Both the position numbers and the translations under genes were made by a program. Of a stretch of DNA of 64,000 nt, positions 24,560 through 36,600 are shown piece after piece. Under the pieces are notes generated by a model that did no database searches, was not told the origin of the DNA, and was given only the letters and a program-made list of their open reading frames with translations. Origin of the DNA: Marsupella aquatica (taxonomy: Eukaryota > Plantae > Marchantiophyta); contig OZ316895.1 of assembly GCA_973895155.1 (NCBI GenBank), positions 7,366,184 through 7,430,183 on the forward strand, written 5' to 3'. Each line of letters starts with the position of its first letter. Position 1 is the stretch's first letter.

Positions 24560-27500
24560 AGCCGGGGGTATGCCCTGTGCACGTCATCTAGGAGAGCAGA
24601 TGATGTGTGGATTCTTGATTGTGCTTGCTCTTTTCATATTTGTTACATTCGTGAGTTTTTCAGTTCTTACTCTATTTCAAACGGTTCAGTTCTGATGGGA
24701 AATGATCACTCCTGTCAAATTGAGGGAATTGGGTCTGTGAAGATTCAAATGTTTGATGGCGCTGTGCGCACAGTGTCCGGAGTCAGGTATGTACCTGGCA
24801 TGCGTAAGAATCTGATTTCACTCGGTGTGTTGGATTCAAATGGTCATCAATGGAGCGTTATTGATGGTGAACTTCAAGTCAGGTCGGGAGAGACAGTGAT
24901 TTTGAAGGGGAGTAGACAAAAGAATTTGTATGTGTTACAGGGCAATACTGTATGTGGAGAGGCCAATGTAACCAAGTCTCACGAGGAGATGACTCAATTG
25001 TGGCATTCACGGCTAGGCCACATGAGTGAGAAGGGTTTGGCTATCTTACGGAAGAATGGACTCATTTCTGATTTGCAATCTTGTAAATTAGAGTTTTGTG
25101 AGCATTGCATTCTTGGAAAGCAGCATCGTCGTGCTTTTGGTGTTGGAACTCATCGTTCCAAAGCGGTTCTTGAGTACATACATAGTGACGTGTGGGGTCC
25201 ATCCCCGACTCCCTCACACTCTGGAAAGTTGTACTATGTATCATTTATTGATGATTACTCAAGATTTGTGTGGATTTATTTCATGACGCATAAGTCTGAT
25301 GTCTTGTCCATTTTTAAGAAGTGGAAGGCCCAGGTGGAGAATCAGACTGGAAACACGATCAAGTGTTTGGATACAAGGGTGAAGAGTCTGAGGTCAGACA
25401 ACGGCGGGGAGTACACTTCAATGGAATTTGAAGAGTACTGTTCAGAACAGGGGATAACTCGCCATCTCACCACAGTTTATACTCCGCAGCAGAATGGTGT
25501 CGCTGAGAGGCTCAATCGGACACTGTTGGAGCGGTCACGGAGTATGTTGAGCCAATCAGGTTTACCACAAGAATTTTGGGCAGAAGCTGTCAATACCGCA
25601 GCTTATTTGGTAAATCTTTCTCCTTCTAGTGCTATCAATTTCAAAACGCCGTTTGAGATGCGCTATAAGCGGCAAGCAGACTATCATGGCTTGGTAATTT
25701 TTGGAAGTGATGCATATGCTCTCACACCAAAGCAGAATAGGACCAAGTTGGATCCTACCTCCAGGAAATGTGTTTTTCTTGGGTACCAGAGTGGTGTGAA
25801 AGCCTATAGGCTATGGGATCCTATTGCCTGTAAGCTCGTTGTCAGTAGGGATGTTTCCTTCAATGAATCCAGATTATTGAAGGAGGGGGAGAATACTCAG
25901 GTCTCCCGTACTGACAAAGGAAAATCTCCTATCCCGGATCTCGTTGAGGGGGAGATTGGTTATGAGGTGCATGACCGGAGAGAAGGAGTTGCTCCAATTA
26001 TGGAGCTGGTTCCTATGCCAGAGGAACCAGAGGAGTTTGTTGATGCTGGTGAGCAACAAGTGGATGCTGTTGAGCTTCAAATTGTACCAGCACACGCAGA
26101 TCAACCGGAGTCATCGGCTAGAAGAACATCTGGTCGCACTGTACGCGCTCCATCAAGGTATGGACAGTGGGTTGATTCATCTCAACTGCAAGAGGATGAT
26201 TTTACAGCTGATGATGAGGGTGATGCGTTAATTTTGGAAGAAGGAGAACCTTCTTCATTTCATGAGGCAAGTGCTTCAAAAGAGAAGCAGAAGTGGACTG
26301 CAGCAATGCAAACGGAGATGCAGTCACTAAAGGACAACAAAACTTGGGAGCTTGTTAAGCTGCCTAAGGGTCAGCAAGTGGTGGACAGCAAGTGGATTTA
26401 CAAGCTGAAGGATAATTCCATAGGAGGTGGATCGAAGGTCTACAAGGCTAGATTGGTAGCAAAGGGATTCACACAAGAGAAAGGTGTGGATTACAATGAG
26501 GTCTTCTCACCAGTTGCTAAGTACTCTACAATACGACTATTGTGTGTACTTGTTGTAATGTTTGGTCTGCTCCTAGATCAGATGGATGTTGTCACAGCTT
26601 TCCTCTATGGCACATTGGAAGAGGTGATCTTCATGAGACAACCGCTAGGTTTTGTGAAGAGAGGACAGGAGGAATTGGTTTGCAGATTGCTGAAATCCTT
26701 GTATGGGTTGAAGCAGTCACCAAGACAGTGGAACAAGCGGTTTGACGATTGGATTCGGTCACAAGGTTTTCACAGAAGTGTATTTGACCCTTGTGTGTAT
26801 TTGAAACCGGTGAAGAATGTTGTCTTTGGGTTCATTGTTTTAGTACTTTATGTGGATGACATGCTAATTGCAGCCAAGGATAGGTCTGAGATTGTTAAGC
26901 TCAAGGCACTGCTTAGTGCAGAGTTTAAGATGAAGGACTTAGGGCCAGCTAAGAGGATTTTGGGTATGGAGATCACTAGGGACTTGGAGGCTGGCAAGCT
27001 ATGGTTGACGCAGAGCAGTTATGCGAGGAAGGTAATTGCAAGGTTCAACATGGAGAATAGCAAGCCAGGAAGTACCCCGTTGGCTCCACACTTCAAGTTA
27101 TCATCAGCGTTCTGTCCTACGGATGACACAGAGAAGGGGTTGATGTCAAAGGTTCCATATGACAAGGCAGTGGGGAGTCTCATGTATTTGATGACTTGCA
27201 CTAGACCTGATCTTGCCATGGCTATGGGCAAGGTGAGCAGGTACATGTCGAATCCAGGGAAGGTACACTGGGATGCAGTGAAGTGGATTATCAGGTACTT
27301 GAAGGGTACCGTGGATCATGGTCTTTTATTTGATGCGAATGCAAAGAATGCTAGATCATTGATTGGCTATGTAGATTCTGACTATGGACAAGATTTGGAC
27401 CGAAGGAGATCAACAACAGGATACGTGTTCACACTTGGCGGTGGATGCATAAGTTGGAGGTCTACTTTGCAGAAGTGTATTGCTCAGTCTACTACAGAAG

Positions 27501-27832
27501 CGGAGTATGTTGCAGCTGCGGAAGCAGCAAAGGAAGCGATTTGGTTGGATAGACTTATCACTGAAATGGGATTGCCACAGGGGAATGTGAAGCTCCATTG
27601 TGATAGTCAAAGTGCGCTCCACCTTGCTGTGAACCAGGTGATGGACAGCAGAGTGAAGCACATTGACGTCAGGTACCATTTTATCAGGCAGGCTGTGTCT
27701 GATAATTTGTTTGAGCTAGTCAAGATTGATGGTAAACTCAACCCGGCTGACGCATTTACCAAAGTGATTCCTTTGGAGAGTTTCTCTAGACACCGTGACG
27801 TATTGCAGGTTTTGCAATTGCATCACAAGTAG
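24560..27832 (+). CDS. pol: copia Pol (protease, integrase, reverse transcriptase, RNase H), same frame as gag
   Basis: WILDCACSFH (PR); LWHSRLGH..CEHC, HSDVWGP, RSDNGGEY, NGVAER (IN); KARLVAKG, QMDVVTAFL, LYGLKQ, YVDDM (RT); TTEAEY, CDSQSA, KHIDVRYHF, ADAFTK (RH). No internal stops. Confidence 0.96.
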   Translation, partial: SRGYALCTSSRRADDVWILDCACSFHICYIREFFSSYSISNGSVLMGNDHSCQIEGIGSVKIQMFDGAVRTVSGVRYVPGMRKNLISLGVLDSNGHQWSVIDGELQVRSGETVILKGSRQKNLYVLQGNTVCGEANVTKSHEEMTQLWHSRLGHMSEKGLAILRKNGLISDLQSCKLEFCEHCILGKQHRRAFGVGTHRSKAVLEYIHSDVWGPSPTPSHSGKLYYVSFIDDYSRFVWIYFMTHKSDVLSIFKKWKAQVENQTGNTIKCLDTRVKSLRSDNGGEYTSMEFEEYCSEQGITRHLTTVYTPQQNGVAERLNRTLLERSRSMLSQSGLPQEFWAEAVNTAAYLVNLSPSSAINFKTPFEMRYKRQADYHGLVIFGSDAYALTPKQNRTKLDPTSRKCVFLGYQSGVKAYRLWDPIACKLVVSRDVSFNESRLLKEGENTQVSRTDKGKSPIPDLVEGEIGYEVHDRREGVAPIMELVPMPEEPEEFVDAGEQQVDAVELQIVPAHADQPESSARRTSGRTVRAPSRYGQWVDSSQLQEDDFTADDEGDALILEEGEPSSFHEASASKEKQKWTAAMQTEMQSLKDNKTWELVKLPKGQQVVDSKWIYKLKDNSIGGGSKVYKARLVAKGFTQEKGVDYNEVFSPVAKYSTIRLLCVLVVMFGLLLDQMDVVTAFLYGTLEEVIFMRQPLGFVKRGQEELVCRLLKSLYGLKQSPRQWNKRFDDWIRSQGFHRSVFDPCVYLKPVKNVVFGFIVLVLYVDDMLIAAKDRSEIVKLKALLSAEFKMKDLGPAKRILGMEITRDLEAGKLWLTQSSYARKVIARFNMENSKPGSTPLAPHFKLSSAFCPTDDTEKGLMSKVPYDKAVGSLMYLMTCTRPDLAMAMGKVSRYMSNPGKVHWDAVKWIIRYLKGTVDHGLLFDANAKNARSLIGYVDSDYGQDLDRRRSTTGYVFTLGGGCISWRSTLQKCIAQSTTEAEYVAAAEAAKEAIWLDRLITEMGLPQGNVKLHCDSQSALHLAVNQVMDSRVKHIDVRYHFIRQAVSDNLFELVKIDGKLNPADAFTKVIPLESFSRHRDVLQVLQLHHK

Positions 27833-28012
27833 AGTTTTCTTAAACATTCATTGTAATTACTGATATATGCTCTTCCTCATTCCTATGTATTAGGCTACGG
27901 CTTAGTTCTGGTTTGCTCTAGTTAGAGAGGGAAACCGGTTTGGTTTCTGTCCAGAACTTCCCGCTGAGGGATCATATACATTGGCAGTATTACTCTCCCC
28001 TAGACCAGAGTC

Positions 28013-28022
28013 AAGGGGAAGA
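28013..28022 (+). other. polypurine tract
   Basis: AAGGGGAAGA ending 1 nt before the TGTTG of the 3' LTR. Confidence 0.85.
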
Positions 28023-28023
28023 T

Positions 28024-28444
28024 TGTTGGGTATTTACTCTTACGTCTAGGTTAGGTATGACGTGGTTGGTACAACAACGTGGGTTGGTACAACTACGTGG
28101 TTAGGTACAACTACGTGATTAGGTACAACTATGTGGTTAGGTACAACTACGTGATTAGGTACAACTATGTGGTTAGGTACAACTAAGTTGCACACTATAT
28201 CATAAGAGGCATGTGTGCTTGGAGAGGTAGAACCAAAGCTCATTGTTATGGAGCCACTTGAGAGATAGGGAGAGCTTACACTGTGGAGACTCGGTATAGC
28301 CGACGGGCTTAGAGTTCAGTAAAGCTCTCTTGTGTGTTCCCGTGGACGTAGCCTCAAGGAGGTGAACCACGTATCTCTTGTGTCGACTATTGTGCGTTGG
28401 ATGGTTCATGGGCTTGCCGTTGCGATCGTCGTCTATGCTCAACA
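28024..28444 (+). repeat. 3' LTR (421 bp)
   Basis: TGTTG...CAACA termini; followed by TSD GACGG. Confidence 0.95.
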
Positions 28445-28912
28445 GACGGCCAGGACTTCGATCATGAGAATCACAAATATCATGTATTAAACAGAATACC
28501 CACATAAATATCTTTAATTTAAGGAAATTCCCAAGTAGTTGTCTGGCTTGACAGGAAATCTCAAGACAGTCTTATTAGAAACTAACTTGCTTTTAATTTG
28601 CATGCCTTTGGATCATTTTACCTAATAGTGAACCAAGGAATTTAAAGTTATGCTCATACTACCCCAATGCTGATTGCATAGTGGTTGTTGCAGATGTGTT
28701 GCCGTTGTGGGATGTCAATTGTCATTCTGGATGGATAGTTACGTTATCATTGCGGCCATGTTGTTTGTATGGAAATGTCATCATTTTGGCCATGTACTCA
28801 ATGCACTTGTGTTGTTCCATACCATTATAAACCTCATTGTTTTCTTTATACTAGTGAGTACACACCGTATATTACCACAGTTTGATGTGTGATTATAGGC
28901 AGAGCTTGTGTT

Positions 28913-29259
28913 TGTTGAGCATAGACGAAAATCACGTCGGTAAGCACATGACACATCCAATGATCAAGCAGTTGACACAAGAGATACGTGGTTCACCTCT
29001 TCAAGGCTACGTCCATAGGAACACAAAAGAGAGCTTTACTGAACTCTAAGCCCATCGGCCATACCAAGTCTCCACAGTGTAAGCTCTCGGTCCTCATCTC
29101 TCAAGTGGCCCCAAATGAGCCTAAGTTCCACTTATCCAAGCAAACACCGCTTGACATATAGTGTGCATCCTAGTTAACATAACCACGTCTCCGACTATGG
29201 TTAGCCTAACTACGGTTACATGTTGTAATGTACCCTAGACCTTAAGTAAATACCTAACA
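28913..29259 (-). mobile_element. solo LTR of the same copia family
   Basis: Reverse complement starts TGTTAGGTATTTACT and ends TATGCTCAACA; TSD GTGTT/GTGCT (1 mismatch). Confidence 0.88.
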
Positions 29260-29317
29260 GTGCTATGGTTACAGAAGTGTCATTGTTGGAACTATGCGAT
29301 TCTTGCCAACCTATCTT

Positions 29318-29624
29318 CTTGGGGGCACTATATTGAGGGCCATACATAAGGTGCAACATTTTAGGGTTTGAACCCCCTAACTCATAAGTGAATTTTTGTT
29401 TTTGCAACACCCTTCCTGTCATTAAATTTTGCCATCTTTTACTAAAAAGCCTTAATTTATTTTTTTACAAAATAGGTCAATTTGTTCTTTAAAGCCAACC
29501 AATCAATAAAGCATGCCCTATTTGTTGTTCCACAAAACTTTGGAAGTCTTCCGTCACACCCATTTAAATGAGCCACTACTTTGTCACACATGATGTGTCA
29601 CTTTCGTGGAAATGACCCCCACAG
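29318..29624 (-). mobile_element. MITE, CTYGGGGG-TIR family, subtype B
   Basis: CTTGGGGGCACT ... AAATGACCCCCACAG; TSD CCTATCTT/CCTATCCT; interior homologous to 42620-42963. Confidence 0.82.
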
Positions 29625-32516
29625 CCTATCCTTGTCTTGGTCTGGGTTTCGGTCAGTGTTGTTGTTATGACAGTACATGTTGTTGTCTGGAAAAGTCAAA
29701 TAATTGTCTATACTCGTTCTTGTACTCGTTCAATCTGTTTGTTGTGGAATTTAAATCCCTCATTCATTCTCTATTAGTAGACATTGGGCAGGTCGGTTGA
29801 GGGTTTAGGGTATTTGAACGCCCATCTTCAACTAACATTTTTTTCTCTTTGTCTGCTCTTCTCCTCCCTACCACACCTCCCCATTCTGTCCCATGCGTTT
29901 CCGCTCCCTCACCCTGTCCCATCCTGCCTTGCCCCGCTCCTCATCTCACCCTTTTGCTCCCTGCTATCCTCTCCCCTCCCCGCTCCCTCCGTGCCACTGA
30001 CTCGATCCTTGACTACTCACCTCCCCCTCACGCACCATGCCCTGCCTGCCAAAACACAGGGTCCTGGGGTAGCCCATGTTGGGGGGCTCCCCTCATGCTG
30101 GCTCCCCTTGGCATTGGACCTCCTTGCAGTTTAATTGCATTGCAGAGAAGATGGGAAGGAAATCTGATGACTGGCAATTAAAGAGTTGCTGCCCAAATTA
30201 AATTTCCGATAAATAGCACATGGCATAGTATTTCAATATTAACTAATCATAATGAGAAACTAGAGTAGAGAATTGGAGTCTAGGTTTCTAGACTGAAGCC
30301 TTTACACCTTGAGTCTAGGGCTCCACCCAAAATTATGTGAATGGAAAGTAGATGAAATATTGTGTATGTCAAAATGATAATCACGCCCTCGGGTACTCAC
30401 TTCTTTTCTTTCTACACATCACGTGCAAATCAGTTTAAGGTTTTTGATTGGGTTTGAATGGTGAAAGATTCTTTAAGTTTTTGTGGAAGAATCTTAGGTA
30501 TGTTTTAATTAAGAATCTTAAGAATTAGAGTTTTTTTAAAATCAATTAAATGTGGAAATATTCCAAGAATATTCTAAGAATTGGGGGAAAATTTATGTTT
30601 ACAAAATCAATTAATTATGTTTTAGGATGTTTATTCCCTCACCAATTTGTGCCTGATATGTGACCCCCCTTTGAGTGAGTGTCATGCATCATGATTTTTA
30701 TTAACATCCAAAGCATCATTTTATTTTTTTAATTCAAAGAATGGACATTCAAGCTTGTAGATTCACATGAACCTAGACAAAAGCCATGCCACCTGGATGG
30801 ACGTACTGATCAGGAGATTCTTTAAGGAAATAAGTTAGAAGCAGTCCCTCAGAAGTCCACGACATCATACATATTCCCATCATACATAATTATTCCCAAC
30901 ATCAGGAGTCCATGGTGGCTTTATTTTCTTGAACCAAGTTATTATCCAACAAGGTTGCTCCAGCTCTAAAGAACCTTCTTCAAATGATATTGAAAGATTT
31001 TCTGAGTATAGTATCTAGATAAATCAGCAATGCAATTTTTCTTTATGATAACGAAAGGTGTGAGATACCCAAAAAGAAAGGAAAGTAGCTTGTCTTATAG
31101 TTTTCCCACGCAAAAAGATTTTGATGTTTGGAAGAATAAATACCTTTTTAAACTTTGGATTACTTTTTTATGAAGCCACCTTAAAGCAAGAATAAATTGA
31201 CTTTGGGTTACTTGGTATGTGTGCCCAAGCCTCACTCCTCATGGGCTTACAAGCCCCCACTTTTATTCCCACGTGACAATTTTTATTAGACAACTTTACT
31301 AGACAAATGCCTCTAAAAGATTGCAAATACTTTCATAATAGCTCAGTTTCTCTTAGAGGCTATTATGAGAGGTCATTCATGTTTCTCTCATAATAGCTTT
31401 AGTAGGCCCAGCCATTCATGTTTCTCTCATATTAGCTTGGTTAGCAAATTTAAATCACCAGAACTGTGAGGAGACAAAATTGTGAGGAGTCTGTAGTTAA
31501 AAGGGGAGGGGTGGCAACTTAGGAGACTGTGTACTTAAAAGAGGAGGGAGTTGTATTATCTTGAAAACTTTATTTGTCAAAGTCCTTGCACTTCTGGCAC
31601 GCTTGGGAAGAGGGCGTAGGGTTTAGGTATCTTGCATTCTTGGGAAGACGAGGTAGCTTTAGGTTTGGGTATCCCTCATGTATGACGTGTCAGTGAAAAA
31701 AATCTATATATATACAGAGATAGAATAACAGATTCTAATGAACAGAGGATGGGCAACACCGAAAATGATCTAGACCTAAAATACATTAAAAAAATTAACC
31801 TGAGTAGGCTCCCAAATAACGTAAACACTGATAAATTTATTGGTTTTCTATCAAGGAATCAATTCCAAGACAGCATTATCCCAGAATATCCTAACTATGC
31901 TTGCAAATTTTTGCGTTGTTTTTTCCGTTGGAAATCAACTGTAATGAAAAACAGCACATGTCGTGGTTTCTTTCTTTGGAAATCAAATCTAGTGAAAAAG
32001 AGTACTTGATGTTTTGTATTTGTCCTCTCTAGACGTGTTTTGCTTTGGCTTTATTGTCCTTTGTTTGGTACTTTCTAGTAAATTGATACTTTATCTTAAA
32101 AGTGTCTACTGTTTATCAACGACGACCCAACTCTTGGGACCAAATGAAAAACGAAAGTTACAAAATAATAAGTTGGCCGCAAGCCAAATGAACACGACAG
32201 CGTTAAGCTTCTTCGATTGCTATCATGGAATTCCTCTATAAACAATGCTTGACAGGTAACTTTTGGTATATAATTATATATCTCTGTTCATATCTTATGC
32301 ATGAGCTGTCTATGATCGTTGTGTGTAGTAAAGTCTTGTTTCCAACGCATTCTAGGAGAAATGAGAGCTCTCGTTTAATTAAGTTTTGAGGGGTTGTTAT
32401 CTTGAATTGCTATGATAACATGACCGGAGGGATTTTCATTTTATTTTTAATATATATAGTAAAATTAAGGAGAATTTTCTCAGGATGTACTAATTCAAAA
32501 TCTTCATAGAGTGTTA

Positions 32517-32657
32517 AATCTATGTCAAGTTAATGCACTCCGTACACCAGAACATAAACCAATATAGTATATTAATAATCTACAACCAAGTGATTTGAAT
32601 TACATGTGTCTTGGTTTATATTTTGGTTGTACGGCTGATGTAAATTTAACGCACGGT
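32517..32657. mobile_element. ~140-bp hairpin-forming MITE (second copy at 62222-62361)
   Basis: Internal inverted repeat CCGTACACCAGAACATAAACCAA / TTGGTTTATATTTTGGTTGTACGG; near-identical copy near 62.3 kb. Confidence 0.7.
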
Positions 32658-32803
32658 GATTCTTCTCCACTTAATGCAGAGAAAGTTATCAAAAAATTTA
32701 AAATGGAAAGCCAGGGACATTAAATCAGTGACAATACAAGTGTACAGACAACATCCCTACACTAACTTGCATTATTGTCCCTACATCATGGACAAAGATA
32801 TAT

Positions 32804-33685
32804 GCTTGATGGGACCCTTACCAAACAAATTTATGTGAATTGCCTTTATGAAACTTTTGTTACAAACTAGGCCCTCTCTTACACTATCAGCTGTTAATGT
32901 AACAGTTCCTACAAGAAGTTTTAGCTTGATACTATCACCAATAGGAGCTACAGTAAAGTTTAGAGTCAAACCGCAAGCTAAATACTAAACTACATCATGT
33001 GAGAAACTGCGGAGTAGTAGCAGCCACCCGGGCAGCCACCGCGCAAATTGTGAGTTCTAAGTGAAGACAATCCATCTGTCTCCCGGTTGCTTAATGCAAC
33101 GTATACAGTATAGGTTTGCACTATGTTTTGACGTCTCTCTTTGTTCTTTTGGCTCAGTATGGGCCCATAGTGCATTTTTCAAAATTGTCCAAGTGTGGAA
33201 CAAAGACAACATGTATGTTGTTTTCTTGCATCTAGACCCCAAATTTGTGAAAATATGGAAGGAACCAAAGATCTTTTACTTTTGTTGTTTGCCCTTGTTG
33301 CAATTTTCAAAAAATAATTGTCCAAGTGTGAAACAAAGACAACACATAGTCAATCATAAAGGAAAAATGTTGTTAGCCTGCAAGAATTAGACTGCATGTT
33401 CTACAAACCCACTATCATGTAGTGGTGGATCCTTTAAAACTCATAATCATGTGAAGACATAATCGATTATGTATTCAAGCATAGACGTACATGTGGTCGA
33501 CTACGACACAATGTGCTGTGGGAAATGTAGGGGTGACCATGGAGTTAGACACCACTTAGGAGTCATTTGTAAGGAACCTAAGTAAGGGGCCTAGTTTGTC
33601 AACATTTCTGTGGGGGGTCAAGTTTATAACAAAAGTTCCATAAGGGCCATCATGCAAATTTGTTTTGGGAAGGATTCCATTAAGC
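32804..33685. mobile_element. non-autonomous DNA transposon with long imperfect TIRs, copy 1
   Basis: GCTTGATGGGACCCTTACCAAACAAATTT...ACTTTTGTTACAAAC versus GTTTATAACAAAAGTT...AAATTTGTTTTGGGAAGGATTCCATTAAGC; flanked by ATAT on both sides; homologous to 38532-39700. Confidence 0.75.
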
Positions 33686-36600
33686 ATATTGCTCTCATGG
33701 ACACTTAATCTTCTTTACGGGTTAAAATCTTTCATTTCTACGAGGGATTCCTGGACTGAATCTGTTCTCCTGTACACCCGGATAATTAACCTTTGGATTG
33801 TATCACTATATGTAAAATCCAATGAGCCAACCAGATTTTGCAATCCAAAGCATAAACACTGCAGAAATTTAGAACCCTGGTACCCCTCCATAATTGCAAG
33901 CACTGATTTGGGGACATTATTGTCAGTTGCTGCATGTCTGTCTCTCCATTTTTATCTATTGTATTGTAAACTTGCAGTCAATAACTCAAAACTCATGAAT
34001 AAAGAAACAGAAATTCGAGCTTATATTGAGGGGGTTCCTAGCCACCACTCATACTAACGACATGCCATGCTTGGTGTGAAATACGAGCACAGCAGTAGGG
34101 TGGGAATGTTTGGGAGCGGAGTGAACTTCACATGGACTGATCTGTCAACGAGGTTTTTATCAACCTTTTCTGGATAATTTACTAGGAGTTGAGCTCCTTC
34201 CAGTTGGCATGCGTAAATAGTTATTTTTTGCAAATCTTTCTTGAATGTTTTTCAATTCAACTTAGTTTTGTAGTCAAACAATGAAGGTGATTCCATTCTC
34301 TATCATTCTAGCTGAGTGATTATATCTGAGCTTCCGATTCTCCCCCTTCACTGATTGGAATCGGCTGCTTTGCCATTGGGACCTGTCTCCCGGTTCGGCG
34401 TTTTTGCCTTTCAGCACTGTGATTTGTATATATTTGCTTGTCCAGTAACAAAAATCCCGGCTGCGCGACAAACAGCTGCAACGTTGTCTGGAATCTAGAC
34501 TACCACGAGTGATTGTGTAGCTATACCAGACTCGGAGTCTAGAGCCAGATTCAGCCACAAATTCAGCAAAATACATGGAAGGAACTGCGAATTTGCCGCG
34601 TATTTCAAATGCATTCCAGCATATGGCCTTGAAAAGGACTCGAAGATTTATAGAGCACAGATGGGAATTCAAGCACATGCACGTCGTATTTAGTAACTAT
34701 TACTTTTGTTTGCATCTAAATGTTTCATGATAAAGCTATGGCCAGGACACTCTTCCGGGCCAGGCTTGATCATCTATAACATGATAATCATAGGGAGTTT
34801 AATTGATTCAAATGATGATCTAAAATTACCTGAATGCTAGCAGTCTCTCCCTTTCTCTCTCCTTCCTTGACTTTGATTTACACTCTGATGGTGCCTTGAT
34901 GAGCTTGGATGTATAATCATGTTCCCAAAGCAGATTATGGCCCCTGACACTGGGAACAGCGTCTACAATTCAGTTGACTCGAGGGTGAATTGCAACTGAG
35001 TGACGCCGTTTAAAATTGGCATCTTCATAGACGTCTACTAAATGAGCTTTCGAGAGAGTGGGCTATGCTTGACCGAGCTGTTAGTCAAGTGCTGTCAATT
35101 TAACGAACTCGCGTCTTCGTGCTTAGATTTAAAGTCGAGTAAATGTCTCCACCAATAACTTCTAGTGATTAGAAGGAAGTTGGTTCATTCGATCCGGCAA
35201 AAGCTAGACTTTCTGCAAGAGTGACTGGGATCTCTTCAGGTGAGGCGGTCAATGGGACCCATTAGAAAGTGCAAAGCAGATGCCGAGCTAAATATTTCTG
35301 AACGCATCTGTGATGGAGCCAGACTTTCGTAAAAAGCTTGGGTTGGATCGAGTACGATTGCTGGCGTAGAAATCTAGGGTTGCCACCGCACTGTCGATTC
35401 AGGAGCACCGACTGCGAGTGGCTTCAATTTGTTGTAGAATGTCAACGCATACGGCGATTGCAAGTTGAAGAGATATGCAGATATCGGGGATTAGGAAGGA
35501 GAGAAATGGACGCGATGAACGCGACACGGTTACTCGGGTATATCCCCTGTAGTGACGCAAACTTTATGGCGTTTAACACTGTCATTACTGTATATCCGTG
35601 AACTTATTCCCCATTTCTAGTGCTGTCGAAACTAGCAACAGGTGATACTTTCACACACCTTTCACTGTACACCCGCAAAAAACTACCTTTCAATCTTGAA
35701 AATCTGCAGTCCCAGTAGCCATCTATATTTTAAAATACTCCTTCGATGTTGCCAGAGGAATTTCTCGATCGTCGATAACGCTCATTCTACAGTTGAATTA
35801 GAAGGTAACTAATTATTCCAGGGTCAAGTATCGGTCAAAACCTTGGATAAATTTACTTGGCGTACTAGAATTGTACAACGCAGGGCGGAGAGGGGAAGTA
35901 CGTGAATCAGAACGGCGCAATCCTTAATCCTTCATCGTCGGATAATTGCGAAGGTTTCAACTTCACTTGGGGACGCCCGCCAAAGGCGCACCACAATCGA
36001 CATCAAACTCTCATCGACATGCTGGGCATCTGCAGCACCTCAGAATCTCAGATGAAAATCCTTCTAACGTCAGTCAGAGGTGGTCCTTGTCCTGCGTTCC
36101 AAATGCTTCGATCGCCAGTTGATCGAGCACCAAATCTTCGTAGACTGCACGTCTCGAACAGCCAGCTCGCCACGCTTGATCTGATTGATCGTTAGACTTA
36201 ACCGATCGGCCCAGATTAAAGCTCATGGAGTTTTACAGAATCTTCATGTGTCCAATGCTTTTACTAGAGAACATGCAGCTCACGACACTCGATCGGCCCT
36301 CAAGCCAAACATGGTCAAAATGGCTGTAATATAAGGCTCGACAGACACCCTCTTCTTGAAATAGAGGTAATTTAAGGTGATGATTCAACGGGAAAAAGGC
36401 ACCAAGGTCAAGCTCTGGTTTCCCCAATCAACCAGAGGTAGTCGTAAAAATGGAAAATAAACAAGGGTAGACGCAGTCGTATTCCTTTGAGTGATTATGC
36501 TGTGCTGAAAATGCCCTATAGGGCCCATTTTCCCAATCATTATAACTAACCTTCAATATATCCCATTTAAGTTACCTATTGCCATATAAAAGGAGAAGGA

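Larger units (their letters stand above)
21953..28444 (+). mobile_element. full-length, very recent Ty1/copia LTR retrotransposon (Tnt1/Tork-like)
   Basis: Two LTRs identical by eye, PBS, PPT, 5-bp TSD GACGG (21948-21952 / 28445-28449), gag followed by PR-IN-RT-RH. Confidence 0.97.

Noticed and set aside
29784-30181. Pro/Leu-rich ORFs
   Set aside because: Low-complexity C/T-rich sequence with non-ATG starts.
30388-30675. Possible sixth CTYGGGGG MITE
   Set aside because: Only patchy interior similarity; TIRs degraded and no TSD found.
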